Origin: Zootoca vivipara
Taxonomy: Eukaryota
Reading direction: 5' to 3'
Length of the DNA stretch: 64,000 nucleotides
Assembly (NCBI RefSeq): GCF_963506605.1
Contig: NC_083281.1
Location: 16,244,001-16,308,000, forward strand
Shown: in pieces, positions 50,356 through 62,608 of the stretch
How the letters are laid out: each line of letters starts with the position of its first letter
How positions within the stretch are numbered: the stretch's first letter is position 1
Notes under the pieces: generated by a model
Told to the model about the DNA's origin: nothing
Database searches by the model: none
Seen by the model: the letters and a program-made list of their open reading frames with translations, nothing else
Program-made: the position numbers and the translations under genes

Positions 50356-50477
50356 TACCAAAAAAATTCCTTCCAGTAGCACCTTAGAGACCAACTAAGT
50401 TTGTTATTGGTGTGAGCTTTCGTGTGCATGCACACTTCTTCAGATACCGGCAGACCAACACGGCTACCTACCTGTAA
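50356..50477. mobile_element. Short Penelope-like inverted remnant
   Basis: Same pseudo-LTR sequence as at 24560 and 46701, joined to an inverted terminus; direct repeat CAATAAATTTT at 50345-50355 and 50478-50488. Confidence 0.75.
50409..50448 (-). ncRNA. Minimal type I hammerhead ribozyme motif (Penelope-associated)
   Basis: Reverse complement ggtat-CTGAAGA-a-gtgtgcatgcacac-GAAA-gc-TC-acacc; core intact, one helix I mismatch. Confidence 0.65.
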
Positions 50478-50531
50478 CAATAAATTTTAGAAGGGGACAA
50501 GGTTAGACATGGATGCACAAAGCATTTTTTA

Positions 50532-50586
<55 letters not shown>

Positions 50587-51284
50587 GACTCCTTGCATTC
50601 CACTCCCCCTTCCTTCCCACCTGGGGATGCCCTGCCCTCTGCCTGCCCCTCAGAGTTGGTGCCCCATCATGTGGGGCTGGACATCGGGCAGCTGCAGCCT
50701 CTCCTCCTTGTCTAGTCTCTAGCAGCTGCCCCAAGCTGTCCATGGGAGGAAGCTGACAGTGGCGCCTAGGGAGAGGCAATGGGAAGCAGGCCGTTGGATC
50801 CTTCCGGGTCGGAAGGCATAGAGAAGTCTTTGGCCTGAGCCTCCAGCTGAGCCTTGTTTAAGCAGTGGGGGCTTCCTGGGCTCTGGCATGTTTCTGCATC
50901 TTTGGTTAGTGTTTGATTCTGACTTGCTCTTCTTTAGCAGTGACCAGGGGCTTGTCCCAGATCTCCTGGTTCCCCTTAGTCTGCTGTAATCATGTAGGCG
51001 GGCGGGCGGGGGTCTACTCTGAAACTAATGGAGCTTAAGCTTCAGGGCCCCTAATCCTGGAGAGGCCCCAGAAGCGACTTTATTCCACACTGCTTTAAAA
51101 CTTGGGGTCTAGTAGACCCAATTTGAGTCAAACGACTCAAATTGATTATTTTTGTTGTTGCATATATTTCAACAATCCCAAAGAAGAGAACAGGGGTTAC
51201 CCAGACTTGGTTGCTGCTTGCAAGGGCCCCCCCAAGACCGTTCAAGTTTCAGGGCCCCCAAAATGTAGGTCCCCTGCTACATGT

Positions 51285-51340
51285 CAATCAATCAAAATTT
51301 TATTGCATTAGCCGGTTGGCCATAGCACATAACACATAAA

Positions 51341-51390
<50 letters not shown>

Positions 51391-53712
51391 TAATAGCGGT
51401 AACCTACAGAACATATAAAACACTTACAAAACATTGCATATAAAAACATGCAATATAAAACAGAATTTGGTAAAAACTAGGATGCATCATGTGTGTTTTG
51501 TGCACTGGGGAATGTTTAGTGAAATCCGCGTCTAGAGAAAGTTAGCCAGTCGAGAGAGCTCTGAGTTTCAGGGCCTGCAAGATATAGATGGCCACTCCAC
51601 GGGTAATCCTGGGGTTAGCGTCCACCAATAGAAATTTCATGCGGTCATCTTCCAAGGCGATAAGCGAAGGGATTAGTGTGAGGAGCCTTGGTCTTATTGC
51701 GTCGTATAAGGGGCAGTGAAAGAAAAAATGGATAAAATCCTCTATCTTTCCCTTGTTGCACGGGCAGAGTCGGAGATCGGGGGGAGTGTTGGAAAATATA
51801 CCCTGTAAAAATGCTGTGGGAATGGAATGGAAGCGGGCAAGTGTGAAGGCCCTTCTTTGTGAAGGGTTCGTCAGGTCGCTCAAATAGTGAGCCATAGTTC
51901 TTACTGCCTTCACACGATAACATGTGGATAGGTTGGCCGCATTAGATAGGGCCAGGTCCAATGCTTCGTCCCTATCTAGAATCCATTTACGGATTTTATC
52001 ATTGTCCCAAGCGATCAGAGCGGAGAAAGTTGGGAGGGAATAGCGTTCACAGATGGCCTCCGTGCCTTTTGACCTAATGTGGCTGCCAGTAAAGGCTAGA
52101 AAGGCTTGTTTGGCAAGAAGCAAGTTGGGGGCTTCTGCAAGAGATTTATAATAAGTGATTATCCTGGTGTGAGCTCTTGCCACAATAGATGGCAGTCCCA
52201 GTTCCATTCTTAATTGGGCGGGGATGGTCCCGTTGGGGAGACCCAAGATCTTTCTTACCAGGAGGTTTTGCAGGGTCTCCAGGCGTTGGAGTGCTTTCAA
52301 ATTCCACCCCCATATTTCCACCCCGTATAGCAACATTGGAGGGATTTTGCTGATGTAGACCTTTCTTATTGGCGCCACCAGCTGGCCTCCTTTGGCATAT
52401 AAATTTTTTACCACGGCCTCCATGGTTTGGCGGCCGGCCAAAATGATCGTGTTTAGGTGAGCTGACCACGATAGCCTATGATGGAAAGTAATGCCCAAGT
52501 ATTTAAAAACTGGGCATTGTTCTATGGTGTTGCCCTCGAGAGTCCACAAAGGACTCCGTTTCCGCGTGCCAAAGGGTATGATTTTGGTTTTGGAGTAATT
52601 GATTTTCAATGAGTTTTCCTCACAATATTGCATAAGCCCTTTCAACATGTTGTTAAGTCCTAACTTTGTTAACGAGAGGACTGCCATATCGTCCGCATAG
52701 AGTAAGATGGGGACTTTAGCCTGATTCAAAGACGGGGCAGGTTGGTTAAGGGCTTTTATAGCTGGTACAATATCGTTTATATAAAAATTGAACAAAAAGG
52801 GAGCCAAAAGGCAGCCTTGTTTGACACCTCTGGCTAGTGGAAAGGGGCGTGATAGAGCGCCGTGTGGTCCAAATTTCACTCTGGCCGATATGTCTGAGTG
52901 AATTTCCATTAGCAGGCATAAGAGCCTTTTGTCTATAGTAGTTGAGCTAAGCTTCTGCCAGAGTCTGGATCTGTCAATAGAGTCAAAGGCGGAGGACAAA
53001 TCAATGAAGGCTACATATAATTTGGAGTTATACTTGGTTTGGTATTTATCAATCAATGATTGGAGAACCAGACAGTGGCCTGAGGTGTTATGGCCTTTGC
53101 GAAAGCCCGCTTGTTCTGGGTGGAAAAGCCCTATTTCATCAGCCCAGCTGGACAGCTTCTCGAGAAGGAATCTAGAGTAGATCTTGTAGGTTATGTCCAG
53201 TAGGCTGATAGGCCTATAGTTAGAAGGATCTTGCGGGTTCCCCTTTTTATAGATAGGAATGATTGTGCTCTTTTTCCAATCTGTCGGAAGCGTAAGTGAA
53301 GAGTTTATGGTGGTAAAGAGAGAGGCTAGTGTAGTTGCCCACCAAAGTTGGTTTGATAGAAAAACCTCGGGTGGTAGCATGTCTTCCCCGGGTGATTTTC
53401 CACCCTTTAGCAAACCAATCAGCTGGAAGCATTTCTTTGAGGAGACCGGATCCCATATGGTGAGAGAGGAGCTGCAGCAAGCCAGAGGGATTGGGTTTTT
53501 ATTTGGAAGAGGCACGGCGTATGCCAGCTATCTGCAGGAATGTTGTTGCAGGGGGGGCAGGGGAGGTTAAGCCCGAGTTTATTAGTTGCCAAAATTTCTT
53601 ATCATCTCGGCGTCTAGTAGCAGCGTCCAATTCGGTCCATTGTTCTTTGGCAAAGAGTAGTTTCTTGAGTTTAAGTAACTGTTTGTAGTGTGTGCGGAAT
53701 TGAGCAACCGCC
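51285..53712 (-). mobile_element. 5'-truncated non-LTR retrotransposon, probably RTE-X clade, with a 657-codon open RT frame (51542-53515)
   Basis: RT motifs NYRPISLL, QAGFR, FIDLSSAFDSI, GVKQGCLLAPFLF, LLYADD, YLGI; C-terminal CPC..ED..HFFFHCP knuckle; 3' end with AATAAA then a short (TTGA)n tail. Confidence 0.88.
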
Positions 53713-53719
53713 TTGATTT

Positions 53720-53995
53720 TACTTTGGTCCAGTCGTGACCGACTCTGGGGTTGCGGCGCTCATCTCACTCTATTGGTATAGCTTCCAGGTCATGTGGGCA
53801 GCAAACCAGAGCAGCACATGGAAACGCCGTTTACCTTCCCGCTGTAGCGGTTCCTATTTACTTGCATTTTGATGTGCTTTCGAACTGCTAGGTTGGCAGG
53901 AGCTGCGACCAAGCAATGGGAGCTCACCCTGCCACAGGGATTCGAACCGCCGACCTTCTAATCAGCAAGCCCTAGGCTCAGTGGTTTAACCCACC
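53720..53995 (-). mobile_element. Sauria SINE
   Basis: Reverse-orientation SINE body and head. Confidence 0.8.
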
Positions 53996-54673
53996 CGAGA
54001 CCCTAACTAGGGTCTCACTGCCAAGATACCTACAGCTGAACATCGTCTCCTACTGAGAAGGACTAGACCTTGCCACCCACCAATCCCTGAGGCCCTGGTG
54101 AGTTTGTGGCTTATCCAAGCACTGCTGGGGGAGGAGTTCGGACCATAGGATGGCCGTTGCCGGACTTAGGGCTTATCCCTCCAGGTCCGCCTTCGCAGAT
54201 CTGCGCCGCTTGGGCGTCCGCGCACCCTATCGCATGACTCGTTGTCAAGGTTAGGCCCCCAGACGTGTGAGGCAACATGAATTGTGCCCAGTGAGCGCTG
54301 CCATGCCCCATGACCCAGGCTTCTGTGCTGGGCACACCTGCAACAAAGTCAAAGGGAAAACAGTAAATGAAAATCAAAGAGTGACCTGAGAGTTCCCTTG
54401 TATCGCCACCACAGACCACACTGCCTCGGGTGCTAGTTCGCGGAAACACTCCATCACTGCATGCTTGTCCAACCAGATGCGAAGGGCAATGGCTTTGATT
54501 GGGGGAGTTTAAGAAGAGATGTGGAAGAACCAGTTCCTGCTCACAAGATAGGAAAAACTACTCACTTTGCATGCAACTTTCCCCTTCCTAATTCTTTCAG
54601 TTTCTCTTACAGGAAAACTGAGTCAGGAAGATGGCTTCACAACTCCATATTCAACAATTATTTGCATCTAGAC

Positions 54674-55117
54674 CAGGGGTCGGCAAGGCTTACCGGACAT
54701 GGGCTGGATCACTCCCGCGGAGATCCTCTGTGGGCCGGACTGGCGCAGCGCGACGCCAGAAATTGCGTCTGTGCATGTCCGCAGCGCAGAAGCGATTTTC
54801 GGCGTTGGCATGTGCAGAAGCGATTTCTGGAGCCACAGATGAGAGTCCCCGCGCCGTGCCGGTTTAGCACAGCGCGTGGGGACTTGCTGGGTAGGCGGCT
54901 CAGTTCGGGGGCGGCTTGTGGGCCAGTTAAACGACCTCTGGGGGCCGCTTCTGGCCCATGGGCCTTAGGTTGTCGACCCCTGATCTAGACCAGGCATCCC
55001 CAAACTTCGGCCCTCCAGATGTTTTGGACTACAATTCCCATCTTCTGGTCCTGTTAGCTAGGGATCATGGGAATTGTAGGCCAAAACATATGGAGTGCTG
55101 CAGTTTGGGGATGCCTG
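54674..55117. mobile_element. Two different hAT MITEs in tandem (54674-54982 and 54991-55117) sharing a triplicated 8-bp target
   Basis: ATCTAGAC at 54666-54673, 54983-54990 and 55118-55125; TIRs caggggtcggcaa/ttgtcgacccctg and caggcatccccaaac/gtttggggatgcctg. Confidence 0.88.
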
Positions 55118-55308
55118 ATCTAGACTCTCTCCCCCACCCCCACCCCACCACATAGTTATTATGCATATGATCTGACACAGGTCAGGTGTCCTGCATAATG
55201 CATTATTAAGCCTTTTACTTCATCGTGTTTCTATAGCGGCATTTCAAGCCACAAACCTGTTTTGTTGCTTTTAAATCATTGTGTATTGACATGTTTTTTT
55301 GCATTTTT

Positions 55309-55348
<40 letters not shown>

Positions 55349-55771
55349 ATACTGCCATTGCAAGAAGAAGAAGAAGAAGAGGGGGGTGGAGGAGACAGTT
55401 ATTGATGGCTGCTAGCCAGGATGCCTATGCTCTGCCTCCCCAGTCCGAGGCAGCAATGCTTCTGAATATCAGTTACTGGAAAAACACAGGAGCGGGGAAC
55501 CTGGTCACTCACTGTGAGAAGAGGATGCTAGACTAAGTGGGCCATTGGCCAGATCCAGCAGATCCTTCTTATGTTCTTAAATGGGACCGCTGTAAACAAA
55601 CATATGTGCATATACTGTCACCCAGAGTGAACAGCGGTTGAATGACTCCCCACAATGCACCCACACAGCATAATGGTGTGGCCTTGGAGACTGATGGAAT
55701 CTGTGGGATTCCTGACTGCTCAGTGGATGGAGCTGGTGATCTTGGTGAGGCCCCATTTCTGCTTGGCTTAA

Positions 55772-56128
55772 GAGGTAAAGGACTCCTGACAGCTAAGTCC
55801 AGTTGCGAACGACTGGGGTTGTGGCGCTCATCTCGCTTTACTGGCTGAGGGAGCCGACGTTTGTCCGCAGATAGTTTTTCCAGGTCATGTGGCCAGCATG
55901 ACTAAGCCGCTTTTGGTGAAATCAGAGCAGCGCACGGAAACGCCGTTTACCTTCCCGCCGGAGCGGTACCTATTTATCTACTTGCACTTTGACATGCTTT
56001 TGAACTGCTAGGTTGGCAGGAGCAGGGACAGAGCAACGGGAGCTCACCCTGTTGCGGGGATTCGAACTGCTGACCTTCTGATCAGCAAGCCCAAGGCTCT
56101 GTGGTTTACACCACAGCACCACCCGTGT
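55772..56128 (-). mobile_element. Sauria SINE
   Basis: Full-length reverse copy. Confidence 0.88.
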
Positions 56129-56855
56129 CTGCTTTGCTTAGGGGGTGGCTATATGGCAATGACCATACACCCTGATTTGATTGCAAGGCCTTCACATACC
56201 TTCCCGACGATTTGTTCATTCCACACTTTGCAATGCACTTACCTGTTGTTTTCCAAACTGCACAAAGGACCACCCCCTCTATTTAAAGTGGATTTGTTGC
56301 TTCAATCCACTTCATTTGCACAGACTTAAAGTTTTGAATCCCTCCTCCATAAAACTGAGATATTATTATTATTATTAATTCATACCCGCCCATCTGGCTG
56401 CTCCCCCACCCACTCAGGGAGTCTCCTAACAGAACAAAAAAGCGATAAAATATCAAACATTAAAAATTTCCCTAAACAGAGCTGCCTTCAGATGTCTTCT
56501 AAAAGTCAGATACTTGCTTATTTCCTTGACATCTGATGGGAAGGCATTCCGCAAGGTGAGTGCCACTACCGAGAAGGCCCTTTGCTGCAGGCATCTTGAG
56601 TTTCTAATTTCTAATCTCTCTTCCTCATTCATGGACAGGTAGGCAGAGTCTCAGAGGGGCATGTAACTTTCTAGCACCATTGGCCAGAGAAATGCTTGTG
56701 CAAGTCGAGATTACCCTGAATTACAGGTTATTACACTTTCTGCTTGCAGCATCTCTGTGAGGGGATTTATAGGCAGCGCTAGGGATGCCCATCCACTTCT
56801 TTGCAGAACCAAAGTACCAGGAGCAGCAAAGTCAACGAGGGCCGTCAGCTCCCAA

Positions 56856-59800
56856 ATGGAACTCTTTGGAGTGTTGCCCTTCTTGCTGGTCTCCTGCATC
56901 ACCTTCTTGCTTATCCTAATCCGGAGGAGAGATGCCACAAAGGGCAAACTGCCCCCAGGCCCCACCCCATTGCCTTTGATAGGCAACTTGCTCCAGTTGA
57001 ATATTCGGGACATCATCGGGTCTTTTAATAAGGTGAGTGTAGGTCTCTGCTGCGTAGCGTTTGGGGGGGGGGAGCCAAGGAGCTGATTGTTTATTTCCTT
57101 GACATCTGATGGGAGGGCGTTCCACAGGGCAGGTGCCACTACCGAGAAGGCCCTCTGCCTGGTTCCCTGTAACGTTGCTTCTCTCAGTGAGGGAACCACC
57201 AGAAGGCCCTCGGAGGTGGACCTCAGTGTCCGAGCAGAACGATGGGGATGGAGACACTCCTTCAGGTATACTGGTGTTTCAAGTGTTCAGGATCTTTCCT
57301 TTGCTGCACCACCTGATTATGTTTCAATACAAGTAGATATTTCTTCTCGTTATCAGCAAGTAGCTGCTTGGGAGCTCATGGGCAGCTTCTTAGCTTTTAC
57401 CTTTTCACCGGGATGCGGTAACATTTTGTCCAAATTTTATAAATATTTTTATTAAGTTTTACATAACGAATTCCAATTAAAACATATCACAATCACCTTA
57501 CATTTAGGATTCTCAGAATCCCTTGACTTCCCCCCGCCCTTCTCTGGTTTCCATTTCCCATCTCTTTTTATTCAACTTATCCATATATATATATTCAACT
57601 TTTGATATGTCTATTATTTAACTTTTCCTTTATATTTTATCCTTTACAAGTATTACTCCAATCCCGCCAAAGTTTTTAGCTGTTTATAATGTTCTCTTAA
57701 ATAAACTATACATTTTCTCCCTTCTTTCTTAAACTTCTTCTCGTCCTGGTCTCTGATTCTCCCAGTCATTTTGGCATAGTCCATCATCTTCATCAGCCAT
57801 TCTTCTCTGGTTGGAACTTTGTCTTCTTTCCATCTATGGGCCAGTAGTATTCTTGCTGCTGTCATAGCATACATAAATAGTCTTTTCTGCTCTTTTGGAA
57901 TCTCTGTACCTATAATGCCTAGAAAAAAGCCTCTGTTTCTTTCACAAAAGTTATTTTAAACATTTTTTATCCCATTATATATCATTTCCCAGAATGCTTT
58001 TGTTACCTTGCACGCCCAGCACATGTGGAAAGACGTGCCTTCCTTTTCTTTGAATTTCCAACATGTATTAGAAGCAGTTCAATACATCTTTGCTAATTTC
58101 ATTGGTGTTAAATACCATCTATACATCATTTTCATATAGTTTTATTTCTACGAACAGCACACTGCAAATTTTAAATTTTCCTTCCATAGTTTTTCCCAAG
58201 ATTCAAATTGAATGCTATGCCCTATATCTTGTGCCCATTTTATCATTACTGATTTGACTTCTTCATCTTTTGTTCAAACCTTGAAAATTCTGTACTGAAT
58301 CATCTTTTCTTATCTACTTTAAACACTTCATTTATTTGGTAGTATTGCAACCAACCTGTAACTAGCTGTCTTATGTCTTCCATATTTTTTAATTTCAATT
58401 GCTGTTCTCTTTCAATGAGCAGCTCTTTATAAGCTGCCGATTCTGCTCTTACATTAACTTTTTTTAAGGATATCGCTTCAATTGGTGAGAGCCACCATGG
58501 GGTTTTCTGTTCTAACAATTTTTTATACTTTCCCCATACACTATAAATTGCATTTCTTATTACATGATTTAAAAAACCTTTATGCACTTTGGTCTTCTCA
58601 TACTACAAATATGCATGTCATCCAAATCTGTTATCATGACCTTCAAGGTCTAAAATATCTGTGTTTTCCCATGTTATCCATTCCTTTAGCCAGCAGAGAC
58701 AGGATGCCTCATAATACAATTTTAAATCTGGCAGAGAGAAGACCCCTCTTTCTTTATCATCTGTTATCAATTTATATTTATTCCTTGGTTTCTTCCCCTG
58801 CAAGATAAATTTAGTTACATATTTTTGCCATTGCTTGAAGTGCTCCTCCCCACTGGCCACAGGTATTGTCTGAAATAAAAACAACATTTTCGGAAATACA
58901 TTATCTTTGTAACAGAAATTCTTCCCCAAAGTGATCAATTCATTCTTCCTCAAATCTCCAGATTCCTCTTTATCTCTTTCCAAGTTGTTCTATAATTATC
59001 CTTAAATATATTTATATTCTTAACAGTTAGCCATACACCCAAATATTCCACCTTTTTTCAAAGGATAATTGCATTGCTAGTTGTAATTCCTTCCACTGTT
59101 ATTACAAGGTCATATGTAAATGCTCTTTATTTATATTCTTTGCACCCACTTTTTGTCCAAATTTTAAGCACTAAGGTGTGATTGATTGATCTCCTGGCAG
59201 CTCCGGAAGCAGTATGGTCCAATCTTCACTGTCTACATGGGCTCCCGGCCAATTGTGGTGCTGTGCGGTTATGAAGTCATCAAGGAAGCACTTGTGGATA
59301 ACGCAGAAACATTTGGAGGAAGGGGACCAATAGAGACCTTGGATGACACCTTGTCGAAATACGGTGGGAGAAATTTGCCTTGCAATGTTAGAAGGCAATT
59401 AATTGATTAATATGTATACCACCCAATCCCACTAAACCTCAGTGTAGTTCAGGAATGGTGGATTACCTGCTTTTGCATGCAGAATGTCCCAACTGCAGTC
59501 TTTGGCATTTGCTCGAGACCCTGGAGAGCGGCTGCCAGTCAGTTTGCTGAGTTAGATGGACCAGGGGGTTGGACCAGAAGACCAGGGGGATCCCTTCCAA
59601 CTCTATGTATCTAAGGCAGATTCCTATGTTCCTTTTCTTCCTATGATCCCTTTCTGGCTTTGTGAATGTGCTGGGAGTGATGGGAGAAAAGGGTGAGGCT
59701 TAAAAAAATCACGAGGAGTCCAAAGAGAGGTGCAGGCATGAATTTGTCTTGTTCGGTTGTGCCATCTCCAGGGGTAGCACTACAAGACTTAATCTACCCC

Positions 59801-62608
59801 TCCTTCACTTTCACCTCCTTTATTTCTCTTATTTTACTGCTCTGCTACTCCTTTCACTCTGTCATTTTACTCTTCTGGTGTTTTCCCTGTTGCCTTCTCT
59901 GATTTGTGGAGTCTCCATTTCCAGGAGTGGTTCCAACCAACGGGGAACGGTGGAGGCAGCTCCGTCGCTTCTCCCTCTTAACACTGAGGAACTTTGGGAT
60001 GGGGAAAAGATCCATCGAGGAGCGGATCCAGGAGGAGGCCCAGTTCCTGGTGCAAGTTCTGCAGAAAACGGAAGGTGAATGTTCTTGCCACTCATCTATG
60101 CTTTCCCTCAACAGAGTGAAAAGGTTTAATCAAGTAGTCAAGGATTGCTCTTTTTTCTAAGAAAAAAGGACTGCTATTTTTCCTAAGAAAACAAAATGGA
60201 ATTCTGCTCAGATTTGGCGAATCTCCCAGATACAAGGTGTTTGCCTTTTGATTCTTTTTCTGAATGTGGGCTGGCACTCTTAATCCTTCCATCTTCCTAA
60301 AGCTAGGGCTGCCATACATCTGTATTTTCCCAGACACAACTGGAATTTGGGCGGCAGAGTGGCGTCCAGGCAGATTTTTGGTGAATTGGCAAAACGTCTA
60401 GGAAAACGCAGATGTACGGCAAGGGGAGTAATTTTTTTTTAAAAAAATCCATTAAATTAACAAAAAGCCCCAGCACGTAATATTTTGGGGGAGGTGTTCC
60501 CCCAAAGCTCAACAACTTTGTCTGGATCTTCACTTTTGGGAATATGGCAACCCTACTAAAAAGCCCATTCATGATTTTTAACTGAGTTGAGTTTTAGGTG
60601 AAGAATGTTTGTGTGTACACACAGACTGGATAGATTTCAGTTAAGACCTAGGGTCTGTGTCCCTTTAGAGAATTGAGACATGGTGGAGACCATTGTTGTT
60701 GTTTAGTCATTTAGTCATGTCCAACTCTTCGTGACCCCATGGACCAGAGCACACCAGGCGCTCCTGTCTTCCACTGCCTGCCGCAGTTTGGTCAGACTCA
60801 TGTTGGTGGCTTCGAGAACACTGTCCAACCATCTCGTCCTCTGTCGTCCCCTTCTTCTTGTGCCCTCAATCTTTCCAAACATCAGGGTCTTTTCCAGGGA
60901 GTCTTCTCTTCTCATGAGGTGGCCAAAGTATTGGAGCCTCAGCTTCACGATCTGTCCTTCCAGTGAGCACTCAGGGCTGATTTCCTTCAGAATGGATAGG
61001 TTTGATCTTCTTACAGTCCATGGGACTCTCAAGAGTCTCCTCCAGCACCAGAATCCAAAAGCATCAATTTTTGGCGATCAACCTTCTTTATGGTCCAGAT
61101 CTGACTTCCATACATCACTACTGGGAAAACCATAGCTTTAACTATATGGACCGTTGTCGGCAAGGAGATGTCTCTGCTTTTTAAGGAGATCACTGTAGCT
61201 TTAAGGAAGTCCAGATCTTGTAGCCTGCTCCTTTCAAGAGGGGCCTGCCCAAGATGGATCCCAGTCTTTCTTCTTCCTTCTTCTTCCCAGCAACCCTTGC
61301 TGAAGTCTCCCTTTTCGTGTCACCCCACACCCAGTTTCCATGGCCACCTTCCATATCCCCAGCCTCCGTTCATACCTCAAGGCAAGGGGTGGGGGGGCAG
61401 TTCACAGATTACAGAGGAAGGAAAGGAATAGAACCACAGCAACACCACCATGTTGGTTACATGAGGCTGGTTATCTCACAACCTTGCTATGTACTGCACA
61501 GATGCAGATATCTGAACAGCCAGAGTTCGCCCACTCTGCAGCAGCCATTTTCCAGCAGAAACCATGCAGGCAGGCAGGGAGGGAGGGAGGGAGGGCGAGC
61601 GGAGAAATCAGAGTGTAGTAAGGATTGGACAAATCCGCTTTTGCTTTGTCTCTCTTTTGCTGGTTATCTGCAGCCATTTCAAGTAGAAACTATGAAGGGG
61701 TGTGGGGGCCAGAGACACTGGACAAATCACAGATCAGAAATGATCCCATAGGAAAGAATGGAATTTTTCAGCCCATTATGTGAACACTCGCTTAAGGTAC
61801 TATTTCTGGGGAATACCTTGGGTTTGAAAGCGGGACATATGTGTACTAAATATCGTCTATAATTTAGGAAAAGTTAAGTAAAAAGGAGCCTGGCAGTGTC
61901 CACAGCATGCAAATCTACATATGGCAGACACAGGCCTCAGAGGCTACCCAGTAAATACACACTCCATTTGTACCATTTTCCCCCTCCGCAGGGCACCCAT
62001 TTGATCCAACCATTCACCTCAGTCATGCCGTCTCTAACGTCATCTGCTCCATTGTTTTTGGCAACCGGTTTGAATATGAGGACAAGAACTTCATCTTTTT
62101 ACTTGACACGATAAAGAAAACCTTCTCAGTTCTGTTGTCCACCTGGGTACAGGTAAGGAAGTGGTGGGAGGGGGTGCAAGTCCTAAAACTGGTCTCTTGG
62201 ATGTCACAGGCTGCTTTCTGTATAACCACAGGAAGTAAGGAAGAGTGTTAGCTGTTTCATGCCCTCAGCTGCCTCTCCCTATATTTTTCGTAAGCCTAAT
62301 TGCTCATTTTGCTTCTGGTGGATGGGACATACGGTAGTTCAGGAGCTGAATATTATGGTCCAGGCCATGGGATGCATGGCAATAAGGAAGGGTAGGTCTT
62401 GATGGGGCTCCATGTCCTTTTTCTTCACAGATCTGCAATTTTTTTTCCAAGATTAATGCGGATCCTGCCTGGGCCTCAGCATAAACTGGCCAGGTACATG
62501 AAGAAGTTAATAAACTTCATCTCTCAGAGGGTCAAGATGCACCAGGAGTCCTTTGATCCAAATTGCCCCCGGGACTTCATTGACTGCTTCCTGGCCAAAA
62601 TGGAGCAG
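56856..62608 (+). CDS. Cytochrome P450 family 2 gene, exons 1-5 (rest not seen); 1-nt frameshift in exon 5
   Basis: Exons 56856-57032 (TM anchor, [18 protein letters not shown]), 59201-59363 ([19 protein letters not shown], 163 nt), 59925-60074 ([34 protein letters not shown], 150 nt), 61992-62152 ([23 protein letters not shown], 161 nt) and 62431-62608 ([14 protein letters not shown], 178 nt). Exon sizes fit the CYP2 pattern apart from exon 5. Confidence 0.9.
57440..59060 (-). mobile_element. 5'-truncated, degraded L1-clade LINE in CYP2 intron 1
   Basis: Broken ORF2 pieces: [55 protein letters not shown]. Confidence 0.8.
60693..61185 (-). mobile_element. BovB LINE 3' fragment in CYP2 intron 3
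   Basis: [50 protein letters not shown]. Confidence 0.92.

Noticed and set aside
17950-55380. (AAT)n, (CAA)n and (AAAT)n runs giving poly-I/L/N ORFs
   Set aside because: Microsatellite tails of LINEs and SINEs, not coding and not CRISPR-like arrays.
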